Counted from the first letter of the stretch, positions 28,183-40,657 are shown. The stretch is DNA of 64,000 nt from Candidatus Spyradenecus sp. (GCA_045535075.1 JAZSKX010000013.1:1-64000), one strand, 5' to 3'. Notes: generated from the sequence alone by a model not told the origin. Translations and numbers: made by a program.

Positions 28183-30093
28183 TTAATACGCTCGCGTTGT
28201 GCGGTTTTCGTAGAAATTGACGTAGGCGCGGTTGAGCGCGCGGAATCCGCCGGGGGTCGGATAATTGCCGGAAAAATACCAATCTCCCGCGCTTCCCGGG
28301 CAGGATTTGAGCAAGTTTTCCAGCGATTGGAAAATGAGGACGAGTTCGCCTTTCCAATCGCAATCCGGATAGACGAGCTCGGCGCATTTGCGCGCGATTT
28401 CCTCTTCCGAGAACTGATCGTAAATGCGTCCGACGTGGTTGACCATCGCCGGCTCCGGCTTTTCGAGTTCCTTGAGGCAATCCTGATAAACTTCGCGAAG
28501 CAAGTCGCCTTTGCCGGTTTGCTGGCAAAGCTGAATCGCCGCCTGAAACGCAAGGAATTTTCCGAGTTCGCTCATGTCGATCCCGTAGCAGTCCGGGTAG
28601 CGCACTTGCGGCGCGGACGAGCAAACGATGATTTTTTTCGGATTCGGGCGCGAAAGAATTTTCAGAATGGATTCGCGAAGCGTGGTTCCGCGCACAATCG
28701 AGTCGTCGATAATGACAAGATTTTCGCCTTCGCGCACAACGCCGTAGGAGATGTCGTAAACGTGCGAGGCGAGGCGGTTGCGCGTTTTTTCCTGCGAAAT
28801 AAAGGTGCGGAGCTTGATGTCTTTGTGGGCGACTTTTTCGCCGCGCGGCCAGTTGCCCATGATCAGTTTTTCAATCAGGGCTTCATCGACGTTTCCGTTT
28901 TTGACGGCGGCGAGAAGCTCGTCGCGCACTTCGCGGCGGCGATTCACGCGCAGTTCCGCCATCATGCCGTAGTAGGACGTTTCCGCCGTGTTCGGAATGA
29001 AGGAGAAAACGGTGTGTTCGAGGTCGTTGTTGATTTCCTTAAGAATCTGCGGAACGAGAGCCGCGCCGAGGGCTTTGCGTTCTTCGTAGATCGACGGATC
29101 GTTCCCGCGCGAGAAGTAAAGCCGCTCAAAGGTGCAATGCGTTTTCGTTCCCGGTTCAAAAATTTTCTCGAAACGAATATCGCCGTAACTTTGAACAATC
29201 ATCGCCGTTCCCGGCGTGAGTTCTTCGACCTGATTTTCCGTGGCGTTGAAAATCGTCATCAGCGCCGCGCGTTCGGAGGCGACGGCAACGACTTCGTCCG
29301 TGCGCAAAATGAAGCAGGGACGAATGCCGTTCGGGTCGCGCATCGCGAACATGTCGCCGTTCCCGGTGGCGCCGCAGAGAGTGAAGCCGCCGTCCCAGCG
29401 ATGTGAGGCTTTGCGGATGACTTCGGCGAGGTCGATGCGGCGGGAAATGATTTCGGGCATTTCGCGTCCGGGAACGCCGGCGTCGCGCAATTCGCGGAAA
29501 ATCGTCGTGTGCGCATCGTCGAGCCAGAAGCCGAGTTCTTCAAGAAGCGATTGCGTATCGGTGGAAAGCACCGGATGCGCGCCGCGGTTAATGAGGGCTT
29601 CGTTCAGATCGCCGGGATTTGTAATCGAAAAATTACCCGCAATCATCAGGTTTCGTGTCGGCCAGATAGATTTGCGGGCGAATGGGTGGCAGGTGGACAG
29701 GTCGTAATTGCCGGAAGTTCCGTAGCGAAGATGTCCGATAAGTAATTCTCCGCCGAAATTGAAGTTCTGCTTCACGGTGGCGGGAATTTCCGGAATGATC
29801 TTCCCGGATTTCACTTTTTCTTCGTAATCGGCGAGCTGGCGGGAGAACATCTCGGTGAGAGCGGCGGAGCCGAGTGCTCGGTCGCGCGCCATGAAGCTTT
29901 CTCCGGCGGGAACGCCGAGCTTGACGCATCCGATACCGGCGCCGTCTTGCCCTCGATTATGCTGTTTTTCCATCAGCAAAAAGAGCTGGTTGAATCCGTA
30001 AAGCGGCGTTCCGTATTTGTGCTCGTAGTATTCGAGCGGCTTTAAGAGCCGGACAACGGCAATTCCGCATTCGTGCTTAATTGGATCGCTCAT
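28183..30093 (-). CDS. purF: amidophosphoribosyltransferase
   Basis: HECGI propeptide/Cys, QHNRGQDGAG, GHLRYGT, RDPNGIRP, DDSIVRGTT, YGIDM. Confidence 0.94.
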   Translation of the reverse strand: MSDPIKHECGIAVVRLLKPLEYYEHKYGTPLYGFNQLFLLMEKQHNRGQDGAGIGCVKLGVPAGESFMARDRALGSAALTEMFSRQLADYEEKVKSGKIIPEIPATVKQNFNFGGELLIGHLRYGTSGNYDLSTCHPFARKSIWPTRNLMIAGNFSITNPGDLNEALINRGAHPVLSTDTQSLLEELGFWLDDAHTTIFRELRDAGVPGREMPEIISRRIDLAEVIRKASHRWDGGFTLCGATGNGDMFAMRDPNGIRPCFILRTDEVVAVASERAALMTIFNATENQVEELTPGTAMIVQSYGDIRFEKIFEPGTKTHCTFERLYFSRGNDPSIYEERKALGAALVPQILKEINNDLEHTVFSFIPNTAETSYYGMMAELRVNRRREVRDELLAAVKNGNVDEALIEKLIMGNWPRGEKVAHKDIKLRTFISQEKTRNRLASHVYDISYGVVREGENLVIIDDSIVRGTTLRESILKILSRPNPKKIIVCSSAPQVRYPDCYGIDMSELGKFLAFQAAIQLCQQTGKGDLLREVYQDCLKELEKPEPAMVNHVGRIYDQFSEEEIARKCAELVYPDCDWKGELVLIFQSLENLLKSCPGSAGDWYFSGNYPTPGGFRALNRAYVNFYENRTTRAY

Positions 30094-30353
30094 ATAGAAG
30101 TGAGCACAAAAAAAACAAAATTTCGCGTTCCCGTCAAAATTTTTACACAGGAATTTTGATTTTTAAACCGCCTGTTTTTTAGATAAAAGCTGCAATTTAG
30201 GACGCTTTTTGAAGCAAAAAATATCGCCGCTCGGAAGAATTAAAAAGCGATTTTATAGATTGAAAATTTCTTGAAGCGCAAACACGCTATCGATTAAAAT
30301 CGAAAGAAATCATCGGAGCGGCTTCATGATGAAATCGTTTCGTAATAACACAG

Positions 30354-32162
30354 ATGCTCGAAAAATTCCTAAAACAATCGAAGTTCACGTCGCAGGAAGA
30401 CTTTTGTAAGAATTTTGAAGTGATCGTTCCGGAGAACTTCAATTTTGCGTACGACGTTGTTGATGAATGGGCACGAATACAGCCGGATAAGCGTGCTATG
30501 TGCTGGGTAAACGATAAAGGAGAGCACATCGATTTTACTTTTTCGGACTTGAAAGAACAAAGCGATCGCGTTGCCGCGTATTTGCAATCCAAGGGAATCG
30601 GCAAAGGCGATATGGTCATGTTGATTTTGAAGCGGCGCTACGAATTTTGGTTCACGATTCTTGCGCTACACAAAATCGGCGCGGCGTGCATTCCCGCGAC
30701 GCATTTGCTGATGAAAAAAGACATTGTCTACCGTTGCAACGCGGCGGGAATTAAGGCGATTGTCTGCGTCGGCGACAAACTTGTACTGGATCGCGTGGCT
30801 TCGGCGCTTCCGGATTGCGCGACTCTGAAATGCGTGATGTCCACGGGACCGATCGTTCCCGCGGGTTTTGAAGATTTTACAAAAGGTTATAAGAGCGCTC
30901 CGGCGTTTGAACGCCCGGCAAATGTCAATACCAACGACGATATTTCGCTTCTCTATTTTACTTCGGGAACGACCGGGCATCCGAAAATGGTGGCCCACGA
31001 TTTCACTTATCCGCTCGGGCATATCGTTACGGGATCGTTTTGGCATAATCTCACCGAAGACAGCTTACACCTGACGGTTGCGGACACTGGCTGGGGCAAG
31101 GCGGTTTGGGGCAAACTTTACGGGCAATGGATCGCAGGAGCAGCGGTTTTCGTTTACGACCATGAAAAATTTACGCCGCGCGACATGCTTCGCATGATCA
31201 GCAAATATCGTATTACATCGTTTTGTGCGCCGCCGACGGTTTTCCGCTTTATGCTTCACGAAGATATGAGCGGAATCGACATTTCCTGCCTGAAATGGTG
31301 TACGATCGCCGGCGAAGCTCTCAATCCGTCCGTTTACGAAGAATTTTACAACATTACGGGAATTCGGTTGCGGGAAGGCTTCGGGCAGACCGAGACGACT
31401 TGCTCGATTTTGACGACGCCGTGGATGACTCCGAAACCCGGTTCCATGGGGAAGCCCAATCCGGCGTATTGCGTCGATTTGGTGGACGATACCGGAAAAA
31501 GCGTGCCGCCGGGCGTGCAGGGCGAAATCATCATTCGTACCCCGGATGGAAAAAAGCCGCTCGGACTTTTCAAAGGTTATTACCGCGATCAGGAACTTAC
31601 GGAACGCGTTTATTGCAACAATGTCTATCACACCGGGGATGTGGCGACGCGCGATGCCGACGGCTATTTCTGGTTTGTCGGCCGTAATGACGACGTCATC
31701 AAAAGCTCCGGTTACCGCATCGGTCCGTTTGAGGTTGAATCTGCCGTGATGTCGCATCCTGCGGTTTTGGAATGCGCGATTACGGGCGTTCCCGACGCGA
31801 TTCGCGGGCAAGTTGTCAAAGCAACGATTGTTTTGGCTCAGGCTTGGCGAGAAAAAGTTGAAGAATACGACAAGCTGAAGCGAAGCATTCAGGAGCACGT
31901 CAAAAAAGAAACGGCGCCGTATAAATATCCGCGCGTTATCGAATTTGTCGAAGAACTCCCGAAAACGATTTCCGGCAAGATTCGCCGCGTCGAGTTGCGG
32001 GAAAAGGTTCAGGAATTCGTTGCAAAGATCGTTCCCGAATCGTTTAAGGACAGCGCGAAGGAGTTGGTTGAAAAAATTCCTTTTGAGGATATCAAGCAAC
32101 AGATTGATCGCGTTTCGGACATTTTCCCGAAGTCCAAACCGAAAGACGAGGGCAACGCGTAA
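30354..32162 (+). CDS. short-chain acyl-CoA synthetase (AMP-forming)
   Basis: [54 protein letters not shown]. Confidence 0.92.
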   Translation: MLEKFLKQSKFTSQEDFCKNFEVIVPENFNFAYDVVDEWARIQPDKRAMCWVNDKGEHIDFTFSDLKEQSDRVAAYLQSKGIGKGDMVMLILKRRYEFWFTILALHKIGAACIPATHLLMKKDIVYRCNAAGIKAIVCVGDKLVLDRVASALPDCATLKCVMSTGPIVPAGFEDFTKGYKSAPAFERPANVNTNDDISLLYFTSGTTGHPKMVAHDFTYPLGHIVTGSFWHNLTEDSLHLTVADTGWGKAVWGKLYGQWIAGAAVFVYDHEKFTPRDMLRMISKYRITSFCAPPTVFRFMLHEDMSGIDISCLKWCTIAGEALNPSVYEEFYNITGIRLREGFGQTETTCSILTTPWMTPKPGSMGKPNPAYCVDLVDDTGKSVPPGVQGEIIIRTPDGKKPLGLFKGYYRDQELTERVYCNNVYHTGDVATRDADGYFWFVGRNDDVIKSSGYRIGPFEVESAVMSHPAVLECAITGVPDAIRGQVVKATIVLAQAWREKVEEYDKLKRSIQEHVKKETAPYKYPRVIEFVEELPKTISGKIRRVELREKVQEFVAKIVPESFKDSAKELVEKIPFEDIKQQIDRVSDIFPKSKPKDEGNA

Positions 32163-32185
32163 AACGCTCAAATTCCCGTTTGCTC

Positions 32186-33178
32186 ATGCCCCCCGTTCTT
32201 TCAGCTCAGGATTATATCGAAGGCGTTTTGCGCGGTGATCGCGTGATGCTTGCGCGCACGATTACGCTTATCGAAAGCGACGCACCGAAGCATCAGGCCT
32301 TGGCGGATGAAGTGATTCAGGGATTGCTCCCGTACACGGGAAAGTCCGTTCGCGTCGGTATTACCGGCGTTCCCGGCGGCGGGAAAAGCACTTTCATCGA
32401 GGCGTTCGGTTGTCATCTTTGCGATTTAGGAAAAAAAGTTGCTGTCTTAGCGATTGACCCGAGTAGCAGCATTTCCCGCGGGAGCATTCTCGGCGACAAG
32501 ACGCGCATGGAAGAACTTACGCGACGGGAAAACGCCTTCATTCGCCCGTCTCCGTCCGGTTGTGCACTCGGCGGCGTTGCGCGCAAAACGCGGGAAAGCA
32601 TTCTCGTTTGCGAGGCGTTCGGCTTCGATGTCGTTTTGGTGGAAACCGTCGGCGTCGGACAAAGCGAAACGACCGTGCGCTCGATGGTGGACTTCTTCCT
32701 CGTCATTACAATCGCGGGAGCGGGAGACGAACTTCAGGGCATTAAAAAAGGCATTATGGAATTGGCGGATTCGCTTTTGGTTACAAAGGCGGACGGCGAC
32801 AATCGTTCCCGCGCACTCGCGACGCGTGCCGAGCTTGAGCAGGTTTTGCATTTTATTACACCGGTTTCCCCGAAATGGCATCCGCGCGCTTTGGCATGTT
32901 CCAGCCTCGAAGGCATCGGAATTGATGAAGTTTGGAAACTCATCTGCGAATTTGTTGCGAAATCTCGCGTTACGGGGCTGATTGACGAGCGCCGGCGGGA
33001 ACAGTCTCTGGAATGGCTTCAATGGCTTTTGGAGCAGGAACTGTGGCGGCGTTTCACTCAGAATCCGAACATTGTCGAAGCATGGTCGGAAACGCAGGAG
33101 CAGGTTTTATCCGGAAAGATTTCTCCGACGGCGGCGGCGCGTCGCCTCATACGAATTAATACTCAAACGAAAGAATAA
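32186..33178 (+). CDS. meaB: methylmalonyl-CoA mutase-associated GTPase
   Basis: GITGVPGGGKST, DPSS, ILGDKTRM, ETVGVGQSE, GDELQGIKKG. Confidence 0.95.
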   Translation: MPPVLSAQDYIEGVLRGDRVMLARTITLIESDAPKHQALADEVIQGLLPYTGKSVRVGITGVPGGGKSTFIEAFGCHLCDLGKKVAVLAIDPSSSISRGSILGDKTRMEELTRRENAFIRPSPSGCALGGVARKTRESILVCEAFGFDVVLVETVGVGQSETTVRSMVDFFLVITIAGAGDELQGIKKGIMELADSLLVTKADGDNRSRALATRAELEQVLHFITPVSPKWHPRALACSSLEGIGIDEVWKLICEFVAKSRVTGLIDERRREQSLEWLQWLLEQELWRRFTQNPNIVEAWSETQEQVLSGKISPTAAARRLIRINTQTKE

Positions 33179-33181
33179 ACA

Positions 33182-33586
33182 ATGATTACCCAAATTGACC
33201 ACATCGGCATTGCCGTTACGAGCCTCGAAGCCACGATCCCGCATTATCGCGATGCACTCGGACTGGGCGAACCCCACATTGAAGAAGTCCCGACTCAAAA
33301 AGTACGCGTTGCGATGTTTGACGTCGGCGGTGTTCACATCGAACTTCTTGAACCGACTTCGCCGGACAGCCCGATCGCCAAGGCGATTGAAAAGAACGGC
33401 GGGCGCGGTTTGATTCATCATCTCGCATTTAAAACCGACGATGCGGCGGCGCAACTCACGCAGGCGAAAAATGCCGGTTGCGCACTCATCAACGAAACGC
33501 CCGTTCCCGGGGCACACAATACGCAAGTTGGTTTTCTGCATCCGAAATCCACGTTCGGAGTTTTGACCGAATTTTGCCAACACTAA
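33182..33586 (+). CDS. mce: methylmalonyl-CoA epimerase
   Basis: IDHIGIAV, IELLEPT, IHHLAF, FLHPKSTFGVLTE. Confidence 0.95.
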   Translation: MITQIDHIGIAVTSLEATIPHYRDALGLGEPHIEEVPTQKVRVAMFDVGGVHIELLEPTSPDSPIAKAIEKNGGRGLIHHLAFKTDDAAAQLTQAKNAGCALINETPVPGAHNTQVGFLHPKSTFGVLTEFCQH

Positions 33587-33611
33587 TTACCGGAAACACA
33601 AACAGATACTA

Positions 33612-35522
33612 ATGGAAAGCAAACTTACTCTAGACGAGTTTTCGAAACCTTCCTACGAGGAATGGAAAGCCGCCGCCGTTGAAACGCTCAAGGGGGCGCC
33701 GTTTGAAAAGAAACTTTTTACAAAAACGCCGGAAGGAATTCTTGTTGAACCGATTTACGACGGCGTGGCGCCTGACGCGGCGATTCCTGGATTCTTCCCG
33801 TACACGCGCGGAATTTCCGCAACGCCGCAGGCTTGGCTCGTCGCGCAGGAGGCTTCCGCCGGTTGCGCCGGAAAGTATAACAAAGTCCTTCAGAGCGCAA
33901 TCGAACGCGGACAAAGCGCCGTCTCGCTTAAATTCAAAGGAACCGGCGTTTGCGGCGGGCTCAAGGAGCTTTCCGTCGATGCGGTTAAAACTGCGCTCGC
34001 GGATGTCGATTTTTCTTCGCTTGCTCTGTTTATCGACGGCGGGAACGAACCGGCGAAAGTTTATGATACGGTCGGCAAAGCCATCAAGGAACTCGGCGGG
34101 AACGACCGCGCAATTCCCGGAGCTGTCAGCATTGATCCGATTGGCGTTTTGTTGCTTAACGGCAAGTTGCCGAAAACTCTCGACGCGCTTTACGCCGAAA
34201 TGGCGGACGTGACGAAGCGCTCGCAATCCGTCTTCCGTACGGTCGGCGTTAATGCTGCGATTTATGCCAATGCGGGTGCAACCGCCGTTCAGGAACTCGG
34301 CTATGCGATCGCAACCGCCGTCGAATACCTCCGCGCTCTTACGAATGCCGGATTCGACATCGACACGGCGGCGCAAAAAATCCGTTTTACGCTCGCAATG
34401 GGCGGAGATTTCTTCATGTCGCTTGCCAAGGTTCGCGCTCTGCGCACGCTTTGGGCAAATATCGTCAAAGCCTGCGGCGGGAACGACGAATCCTGCAAAG
34501 CACACATCCATGCGACGACGACGCGCTGGAACAAGTCTTCGCTTGATATTTACGTTAATATGCTTCGCTCGACGACGGAAGCGACGGCTGCCGTTCTCGC
34601 GAATGTCGAAAGCCTCACGATTGAGCCGTTCGACGCGGCGGCGCGCAAGCCCGACGATTTCTCGCGTCGCATTGCGCAGAATCTCCACATCATTCTTCGC
34701 GACGAATGTCAATTTGACAAAGTGCTTGATCCGGCGGGCGGTTCGCCTTACGTGGAATCGCTTACAACGCAACTTGCGGAAAAGGCCTATGCGCTTTTCC
34801 AAGATGTCGAAAAAGCCGGCGGCATGGCAGCCGCGGTTCTCGCGGGAACGCCTCAGGCAGCGGTTGCGGCGGCAAATGCCGAAAAAATGAAAATGCTCGA
34901 ACAACGTCGCATGACGCTTGTCGGCGTGAATGTTTACGCAAATCCGCTTGAAAAACCGCTCGAAAAACGCGAATGCTGCTGCTCGAAAAAATCCGGGGAA
35001 TCTGCTGAAAAACATAGTTGCTGTTGCCACGGGAACGACGTTCCCGCCGCAGTTTCGGCGCCGAAGTTGGAGCAGGTCCGTGCTGCAGAGCCGTTTGAAA
35101 AAATGCGCAATGCCGTTTGGAGTGCTGCGAAGCGTCCGCAGATTTTCCTCGCTAACATGGGCCCGGTTCGCCAGCACAAGGCACGTGCGGATTTTTCCAC
35201 AGGCTTCTTCGATGTCGGCGGTTTTGAAATTCTCACGAATTCCGGCTTCAAGGATGTTCCCGCCGCCGCAGAAGCGGCAGTGGCGTCAGGCGCGGGAATC
35301 GTTGTTATCTGCTCGACCGATGATACTTATCCGGAAATCGTTCCCGCGCTGACACAGGCGATCAAAGCCGCTAAGCCGGAAACGCAGGTGGTTCTTGCCG
35401 GCTATCCGACGGATTTTGTCGAAGCGTTCAAAGCTGCCGGAGTCGATGAGTTCATTCACATCAAGGCGAATTGCTACGCCGTCAACAAAGCGCTTCTCGC
35501 CAAAGTCGGGATTAACGCCTAA
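33612..35522 (+). CDS. mutA: methylmalonyl-CoA mutase small subunit
   Basis: [32 protein letters not shown]; lacks DxHxxG. Confidence 0.9.
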   Translation: MESKLTLDEFSKPSYEEWKAAAVETLKGAPFEKKLFTKTPEGILVEPIYDGVAPDAAIPGFFPYTRGISATPQAWLVAQEASAGCAGKYNKVLQSAIERGQSAVSLKFKGTGVCGGLKELSVDAVKTALADVDFSSLALFIDGGNEPAKVYDTVGKAIKELGGNDRAIPGAVSIDPIGVLLLNGKLPKTLDALYAEMADVTKRSQSVFRTVGVNAAIYANAGATAVQELGYAIATAVEYLRALTNAGFDIDTAAQKIRFTLAMGGDFFMSLAKVRALRTLWANIVKACGGNDESCKAHIHATTTRWNKSSLDIYVNMLRSTTEATAAVLANVESLTIEPFDAAARKPDDFSRRIAQNLHIILRDECQFDKVLDPAGGSPYVESLTTQLAEKAYALFQDVEKAGGMAAAVLAGTPQAAVAAANAEKMKMLEQRRMTLVGVNVYANPLEKPLEKRECCCSKKSGESAEKHSCCCHGNDVPAAVSAPKLEQVRAAEPFEKMRNAVWSAAKRPQIFLANMGPVRQHKARADFSTGFFDVGGFEILTNSGFKDVPAAAEAAVASGAGIVVICSTDDTYPEIVPALTQAIKAAKPETQVVLAGYPTDFVEAFKAAGVDEFIHIKANCYAVNKALLAKVGINA

Positions 35523-35548
35523 CACACAAAACAGGAAAGTTAATTATC

Positions 35549-37717
35549 ATGAGTATTCCTAATTTTTCTTCCGTCGAATTCAAAATCGCTCCCGCGACGG
35601 GAACGAAAGCCGAATGGCAGGAACAAGTTGAAAAAGCAACCGGCAAGCCGCTGAAAGAATTGCTGTGGCGTACAATGGAACAAATCGACGTTGCGCCGTT
35701 GCAAACTCAGGCGGATGCCGCCGAATGCAAGCAAGTCGGCTACACCGCCGGGATCGCGCCGAATCTGCGCGGTCCGTACCCGACGATGTATGTCACGCGC
35801 CCGTGGACCGTGCGCCAGTATGCCGGGTTCTCGACGGCAAAAGAATCCAACGCGTTTTATCGCCGCAATCTTGCCGCCGGGCAGAAAGGGCTTTCCGTTG
35901 CGTTTGACTTGGCAACGCACCGCGGTTACGACTCCGACCACCCGCGCGTTGTCGGCGATGTCGGGAAAGCCGGGGTCGCCGTTGACTCCGTACTCGACAT
36001 GAAAACGCTTTTTGACGGCATCCCGCTCGACAAGATTTCCGTTTCCATGACGATGAACGGCGCGGTTCTTCCCGTCATGGCGTTTTATATCGTTGCCGCC
36101 GAAGAGCAGGGCGTGAAGCCGGAACTGCTCTCGGGAACGATTCAGAACGACATTCTCAAGGAATTTATGGTGCGCAACACCTATATTTACCCGCCGACTC
36201 CGTCGATGAAAATCATTGCCGACATTTTCGAGTACACATCGAAGTACATGCCGAAGTTCAATTCGATTTCCATTTCCGGCTATCACATGCAGGAAGCGGG
36301 AGCGACGGCGGATATCGAAATGGCTTACACGCTCGCCGACGGCTTGGACTATATTCGCACGGGCGTCAAAGCCGGGCTTTCCGTCGATGCGTTTGCGCCG
36401 CGTTTGTCTTTCTTCTGGGCGCAGGGGAAAAACATGTTTATGGAAATCGCCAAGATGCGCGCCGCGCGCGTGCTTTGGGCGAAGATCGTCAAGCAGTTCG
36501 GCCCGGAAAATGCGAAATCACTCGCGCTTCGCACGCACTCGCAAACTTCCGGTTGGTCGCTGACGGAACAGGATCCGTTTAATAACGTTGCCCGCACTTG
36601 CGTTGAAGCCATGGCGGCGGCGTTCGGGCACACGCAATCGCTCCACACGAATTCGCTCGACGAAGCCATTGCGCTCCCGACGGACTTCTCCGCGCGCATT
36701 GCCCGCAACACGCAGCTTTTCCTCCAGAGCGAAACCGGTATTTGCCGCACGGTCGATCCGTGGGGCGGTTCGTATTACGTCGAAAGCCTTACCGAAGCCA
36801 TTATGGAAAAGGCTTGGGCGCTGATTCAGGAAGTCGAAGAACTCGGCGGAATGGCGAAGGCGATTGAAACGGGCTTGCCGAAAATGCGCATTGAAGAAGC
36901 CGCCGCACGCCGCCAAGCGCAAATTGACTCCGGACGCGAAACCATCGTCGGCGTCAATCGCTACAAACTTGCCAAGGAAGATGCGCTCGAAACGCTCGAA
37001 GTGGACAACACCGTCGTTCGCGAAGAGCAAATCTCCCGCCTCAACGAAATTCGTGCCACGCGTGATAATGCCGCCGTCGAAGCCGCGCTCGAAGCGCTTA
37101 CGAAATGTGCGGAAACGAAGGAAGGCAATTTGCTCGAACTCGCCGTCAACGCTGCACGCCTCCGCGCGACGCTCGGTGAAATTTCCTATGCACTCGAAAA
37201 AATCTACGGGAGACACAAAGCTGTGATTCGTTCTATCTCCGGAGTTTATCAATCCGAATTCGCCCAAGACGGCGATAACAACATCGTCGCCGAAGTGCGC
37301 GCCGCTAGCGATAAATTCGCCGAAGAAAACGGACGCCGCCCGCGCGTCATGATTGCCAAAATGGGGCAGGACGGGCACGACCGCGGAGCGAAAGTTGTCG
37401 CAACCGCGTATGCCGACCTCGGATTCGACGTCGATATCGGACCGCTCTTCCAAACGCCGGAAGAAACGGCGAAACAAGCCGTCGAAAACGACGTTCATTG
37501 CGTCGGCGTTTCTTCGCTCGCAGCCGGGCACAAGACGCTCGTTCCGCAACTTATCGCCGAACTCAAAAAACTCGGACGCGAAGACATTCATGTTTTCTGC
37601 GGCGGCGTTATTCCGCCCCAGGATTATGACTTCCTTTACGCCGCCGGCTGTAAGGCAATCTTCGGTCCCGGAACCGTCATCCCGGAAGCGGCAAAGAAGA
37701 TTCTTTCCTTCCTCTAA
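35549..37717 (+). CDS. mutB: methylmalonyl-CoA mutase large subunit
   Basis: [28 protein letters not shown]12-binding [15 protein letters not shown]. Confidence 0.97.
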   Translation: MSIPNFSSVEFKIAPATGTKAEWQEQVEKATGKPLKELLWRTMEQIDVAPLQTQADAAECKQVGYTAGIAPNLRGPYPTMYVTRPWTVRQYAGFSTAKESNAFYRRNLAAGQKGLSVAFDLATHRGYDSDHPRVVGDVGKAGVAVDSVLDMKTLFDGIPLDKISVSMTMNGAVLPVMAFYIVAAEEQGVKPELLSGTIQNDILKEFMVRNTYIYPPTPSMKIIADIFEYTSKYMPKFNSISISGYHMQEAGATADIEMAYTLADGLDYIRTGVKAGLSVDAFAPRLSFFWAQGKNMFMEIAKMRAARVLWAKIVKQFGPENAKSLALRTHSQTSGWSLTEQDPFNNVARTCVEAMAAAFGHTQSLHTNSLDEAIALPTDFSARIARNTQLFLQSETGICRTVDPWGGSYYVESLTEAIMEKAWALIQEVEELGGMAKAIETGLPKMRIEEAAARRQAQIDSGRETIVGVNRYKLAKEDALETLEVDNTVVREEQISRLNEIRATRDNAAVEAALEALTKCAETKEGNLLELAVNAARLRATLGEISYALEKIYGRHKAVIRSISGVYQSEFAQDGDNNIVAEVRAASDKFAEENGRRPRVMIAKMGQDGHDRGAKVVATAYADLGFDVDIGPLFQTPEETAKQAVENDVHCVGVSSLAAGHKTLVPQLIAELKKLGREDIHVFCGGVIPPQDYDFLYAAGCKAIFGPGTVIPEAAKKILSFL

Positions 37718-37738
37718 GCGGATTTCCCGCAACAAAGT

Positions 37739-37774
37739 GCGTTCCCGTGAAATTTCTCGCGGGAACGCTTTTTT
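37739..37774 (+). terminator. intrinsic terminator built from inverted CGGGAAC motifs
   Basis: GCGTTCCCGTGA-aatttc-TCGCGGGAACGC-TTTTTT. Confidence 0.85.
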
Positions 37775-37820
37775 GTATCAAATTCCTCGCATTCCTGCGG
37801 GAACGCATTAGCATGAAAAC

Positions 37821-39074
37821 ATGCGCAAAATTCTTCTGAAAAACACGATGCTCGACGGAGCCGAAACCGACGTTCTCATTGCGGGAACGCGCTTTGAAAA
37901 AATCGCTCCGGGATTGCTTGCGGACGCGGAAACCGAGCTCGTCGACGCTGCGGGAACGGCAATTCTTCCGCCGTTTTACAATGCGCACACACACGCGGCA
38001 ATGACGCTTTTGCGCGGATACGCCGACGATAAAGAACTCTTTACTTGGCTCAACGATCACATTTGGCCCTTTGAAGCCAAGATGACGGCGCAAGATATTT
38101 ACGAAGGTTCCCGCCTCGCGATTTTAGAAATGATTCGCTCGGGAACGGTTTTTTTCAACGACATGTATTGGCAAAGCGACGAAACCGTGCGCGCTGCGAG
38201 CGAAATGGGAATTCGCGCTTGCGTCGGGATGACGGTCACGGATTTCATCGGCGAAGCGGCGATTGAGGCAACTTTCGATCGGCTCGCAAGCTTGAATCCG
38301 GGAAACTATGCCGATGACGCCGGGCTTGTCCGCCTGACGCTGGCGCCGCACGCCGTTTATACGGTTTGTGAAAAACTCTGGCGGCGAAGTGCCGAGTTTG
38401 CACGGGAACGCGGTTTGATTTTGCATATTCACCTCGCGGAAACGCGGAAAGAAGTCGCCGACTGCGTTGCCGCACACGGGAAAACGCCGGTGCGCTGGTT
38501 GGATTCGCTCGGTGTTTTGGGCGAGAATGTCGTCGCCGCACACGTTGTCCATGTTGACGACGAGGAGATTGCGATTTTGCGGGAACGCGGCGTTGCCATT
38601 GCGCATAATCCCTGCTCAAACATGAAGTTGGCATCGGGTATTTTCCGCTCGAAAGCTTTTTCCCAAGCGGGTTGCCGTGTCACAATCGGAACGGACGGGA
38701 ACGCTTCGAACAATAACTTGGACATGCGGGAAGAGGCGAAGTTTGCGGCGTTGCTTGCGAAAGTTTCCGGAGATCCGGAGGCGCTTCCCGCAGATGAAGC
38801 GTTGGCGTGGGCGACGCGAAACGGCGCGCTTGCCTTCGGAATTGATGCCGGGGAAATCGCAGAAGGAAAACTTGCCGATGCCGTTTTAGTTGATTTGAAC
38901 AACGAACGGATGGTGCCCTCGCACAATCTGATTTCCAATTGGATTTATTCCGCGGATTCGCGGTGCATTCGTGATGTGATTTGCAACGGAAAATTTCTTA
39001 TGCGTTCCCGCACCATTGAAAAGGAAGCGGAAATTTTGGACGCGGTTCGCCGTCTTTCGCTTTTGAAAAAATAA
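37821..39074 (+). CDS. amidohydrolase, MTA/SAH deaminase-like
   Basis: NAHTHAAMTLLRG, APHAVYT, HIHLAET, SNMKLASG, GTDGNASNN. Confidence 0.85.
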   Translation: MRKILLKNTMLDGAETDVLIAGTRFEKIAPGLLADAETELVDAAGTAILPPFYNAHTHAAMTLLRGYADDKELFTWLNDHIWPFEAKMTAQDIYEGSRLAILEMIRSGTVFFNDMYWQSDETVRAASEMGIRACVGMTVTDFIGEAAIEATFDRLASLNPGNYADDAGLVRLTLAPHAVYTVCEKLWRRSAEFARERGLILHIHLAETRKEVADCVAAHGKTPVRWLDSLGVLGENVVAAHVVHVDDEEIAILRERGVAIAHNPCSNMKLASGIFRSKAFSQAGCRVTIGTDGNASNNNLDMREEAKFAALLAKVSGDPEALPADEALAWATRNGALAFGIDAGEIAEGKLADAVLVDLNNERMVPSHNLISNWIYSADSRCIRDVICNGKFLMRSRTIEKEAEILDAVRRLSLLKK

Positions 39075-39078
39075 GATT

Positions 39079-40476
39079 TCAGACGGCTTTGGAATGGCGG
39101 TTTTGCGCTCCCGCCTGAAAATACGCATCAAACGGAAGTGCGATGTTTCGGATGAACATGCGCCCGATGTGTGTTACGCTAAAGCCGTTCCCGTCTTCCC
39201 GCAATGCAATCAGACCGTCGTCGGCGAGCGAGTCCAGCTTTGCGATTTCGGAGGAATACCGTGTTTTAAAATCAAATCCGAATTGCGCAGAGAGTTTGAG
39301 ATAGTCCAATTCCAAGTCGCACATAATGCGCGTGATAATTTCTCGGCGACGCAAATCTTCTTCCGTTAAAATCAGCCCCTTAGTGCGCGGAATGTTTCCC
39401 GAATCAACACGGTTCTCGTAGGCTTCAAGCGTTTTTTCATTTTGAGAGAAACTGCGCGCGGATTGTGAAATGGACGACATGCCGAGCGCGACGATCGGCA
39501 AGCCGGCGTGCGTCGAATAACCTTGAAAATTGCGTTGGAGACGGCGTTCCCGCAACGCGTGAACCAGTTCGTCGTCTTCCCGTGCGAAATGGTCCAAGCC
39601 GATGTAAACAAATCCGTTACGCGTGAGTTTTTCGATGATGGTTTTGAGTAGCGCGATTTTTTCGTCGGGCGAGGGTAGGGCTCCGCTTTGTTCCAGAAGC
39701 TTCTGCTGGGGCTTGAGCCAAGGAACGTGCGCGTAGCTGAATACGGCAAAACGATCCGGGCGAAGCTCAAGCAATTCCGCCAGTGTTTGTTCGTAGCTGT
39801 CCGTCGTCTGAAACGGCAGTCCGTAAATGAGGTCAAAATTAATTGAGGAAAAACCGCATTCCCGCAACCAACGGACTGCTTGTTCAATAAGCGGCTTCGG
39901 CTGAACACGATGGATGGCGACTTGGACTTTGGGGTTAAGGTCCTGAACGCCGAGCGAGGCGCGGGAACAGCCGAGGCGGCGAAATGCATCGACAATCTCG
40001 CGCGTCAGCGAGCGCGGATCAAGCTCGACGGAAATTTCTGCGTCCGGTGTAAATAAAAAATGCTTACGGAGCATTGCTGCGATCCGGTCGATTTGCCGGG
40101 GCGTCAGTGCGCTTGGCGTGCCGCCGCCGAAATGCAGTTGGGCGACGGAAAGAGTTGTTCCGTCGGGCGCAATCCGGTTTTTCCAAAGCTCAATTTCTTT
40201 TTCGAGTGAATCCAGATAGCGCTCAGCGTCGGAATCGCTGCGTGCGGGAACGGTCGTGCAACCGCAGTACCAGCAAAGCGATTTACAGAACGGAATATGT
40301 ATGTAAATTGAAATAACATTTCCGCCGGCGGCGATATCTTCCCGCATGATGTTGAAAATTGCGTCGTCGCCGACATCGTCGCGAAATTGAAGCGCGGTAG
40401 GGTACGACGTGTAGCGCGGCGCGGGAACGTTGTATTTTTTTACGAGGTCAAGGTCTACCTCAATAGCGTTTTTCAT
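39079..40476 (-). CDS. hemN: oxygen-independent coproporphyrinogen III oxidase
   Basis: PRYTSYPTA, HIPFCKSLCWYCGC, HFGGGTP, RNFQGY. Confidence 0.94.
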   Translation of the reverse strand: MKNAIEVDLDLVKKYNVPAPRYTSYPTALQFRDDVGDDAIFNIMREDIAAGGNVISIYIHIPFCKSLCWYCGCTTVPARSDSDAERYLDSLEKEIELWKNRIAPDGTTLSVAQLHFGGGTPSALTPRQIDRIAAMLRKHFLFTPDAEISVELDPRSLTREIVDAFRRLGCSRASLGVQDLNPKVQVAIHRVQPKPLIEQAVRWLRECGFSSINFDLIYGLPFQTTDSYEQTLAELLELRPDRFAVFSYAHVPWLKPQQKLLEQSGALPSPDEKIALLKTIIEKLTRNGFVYIGLDHFAREDDELVHALRERRLQRNFQGYSTHAGLPIVALGMSSISQSARSFSQNEKTLEAYENRVDSGNIPRTKGLILTEEDLRRREIITRIMCDLELDYLKLSAQFGFDFKTRYSSEIAKLDSLADDGLIALREDGNGFSVTHIGRMFIRNIALPFDAYFQAGAQNRHSKAV

Positions 40477-40564
40477 GCTTTTGATTAAAACGGTTTATGC
40501 GCGGCGCGGGAACGCAAAAATAGGACTTGCGCCCTGCGTGCGTTTAGTAGAAGCTTAGAAACAA

Positions 40565-40657
40565 GTCAGGTCCCGGGCAACGAATGCCGGCGAACCCCGT
40601 CAGATCCGGAAGGAAGCAGCGGCAGTCAGGTTCCTCGTGTGCTCCGGTCAACCTGGC
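40565..40657 (+). ncRNA. ffs: signal recognition particle RNA (small type)
   Basis: Helix-8 signature GTCAGATCCGGAAGGAAGCAGC; complementary ends GTCAGGT/ACCTGGC. Confidence 0.92.
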
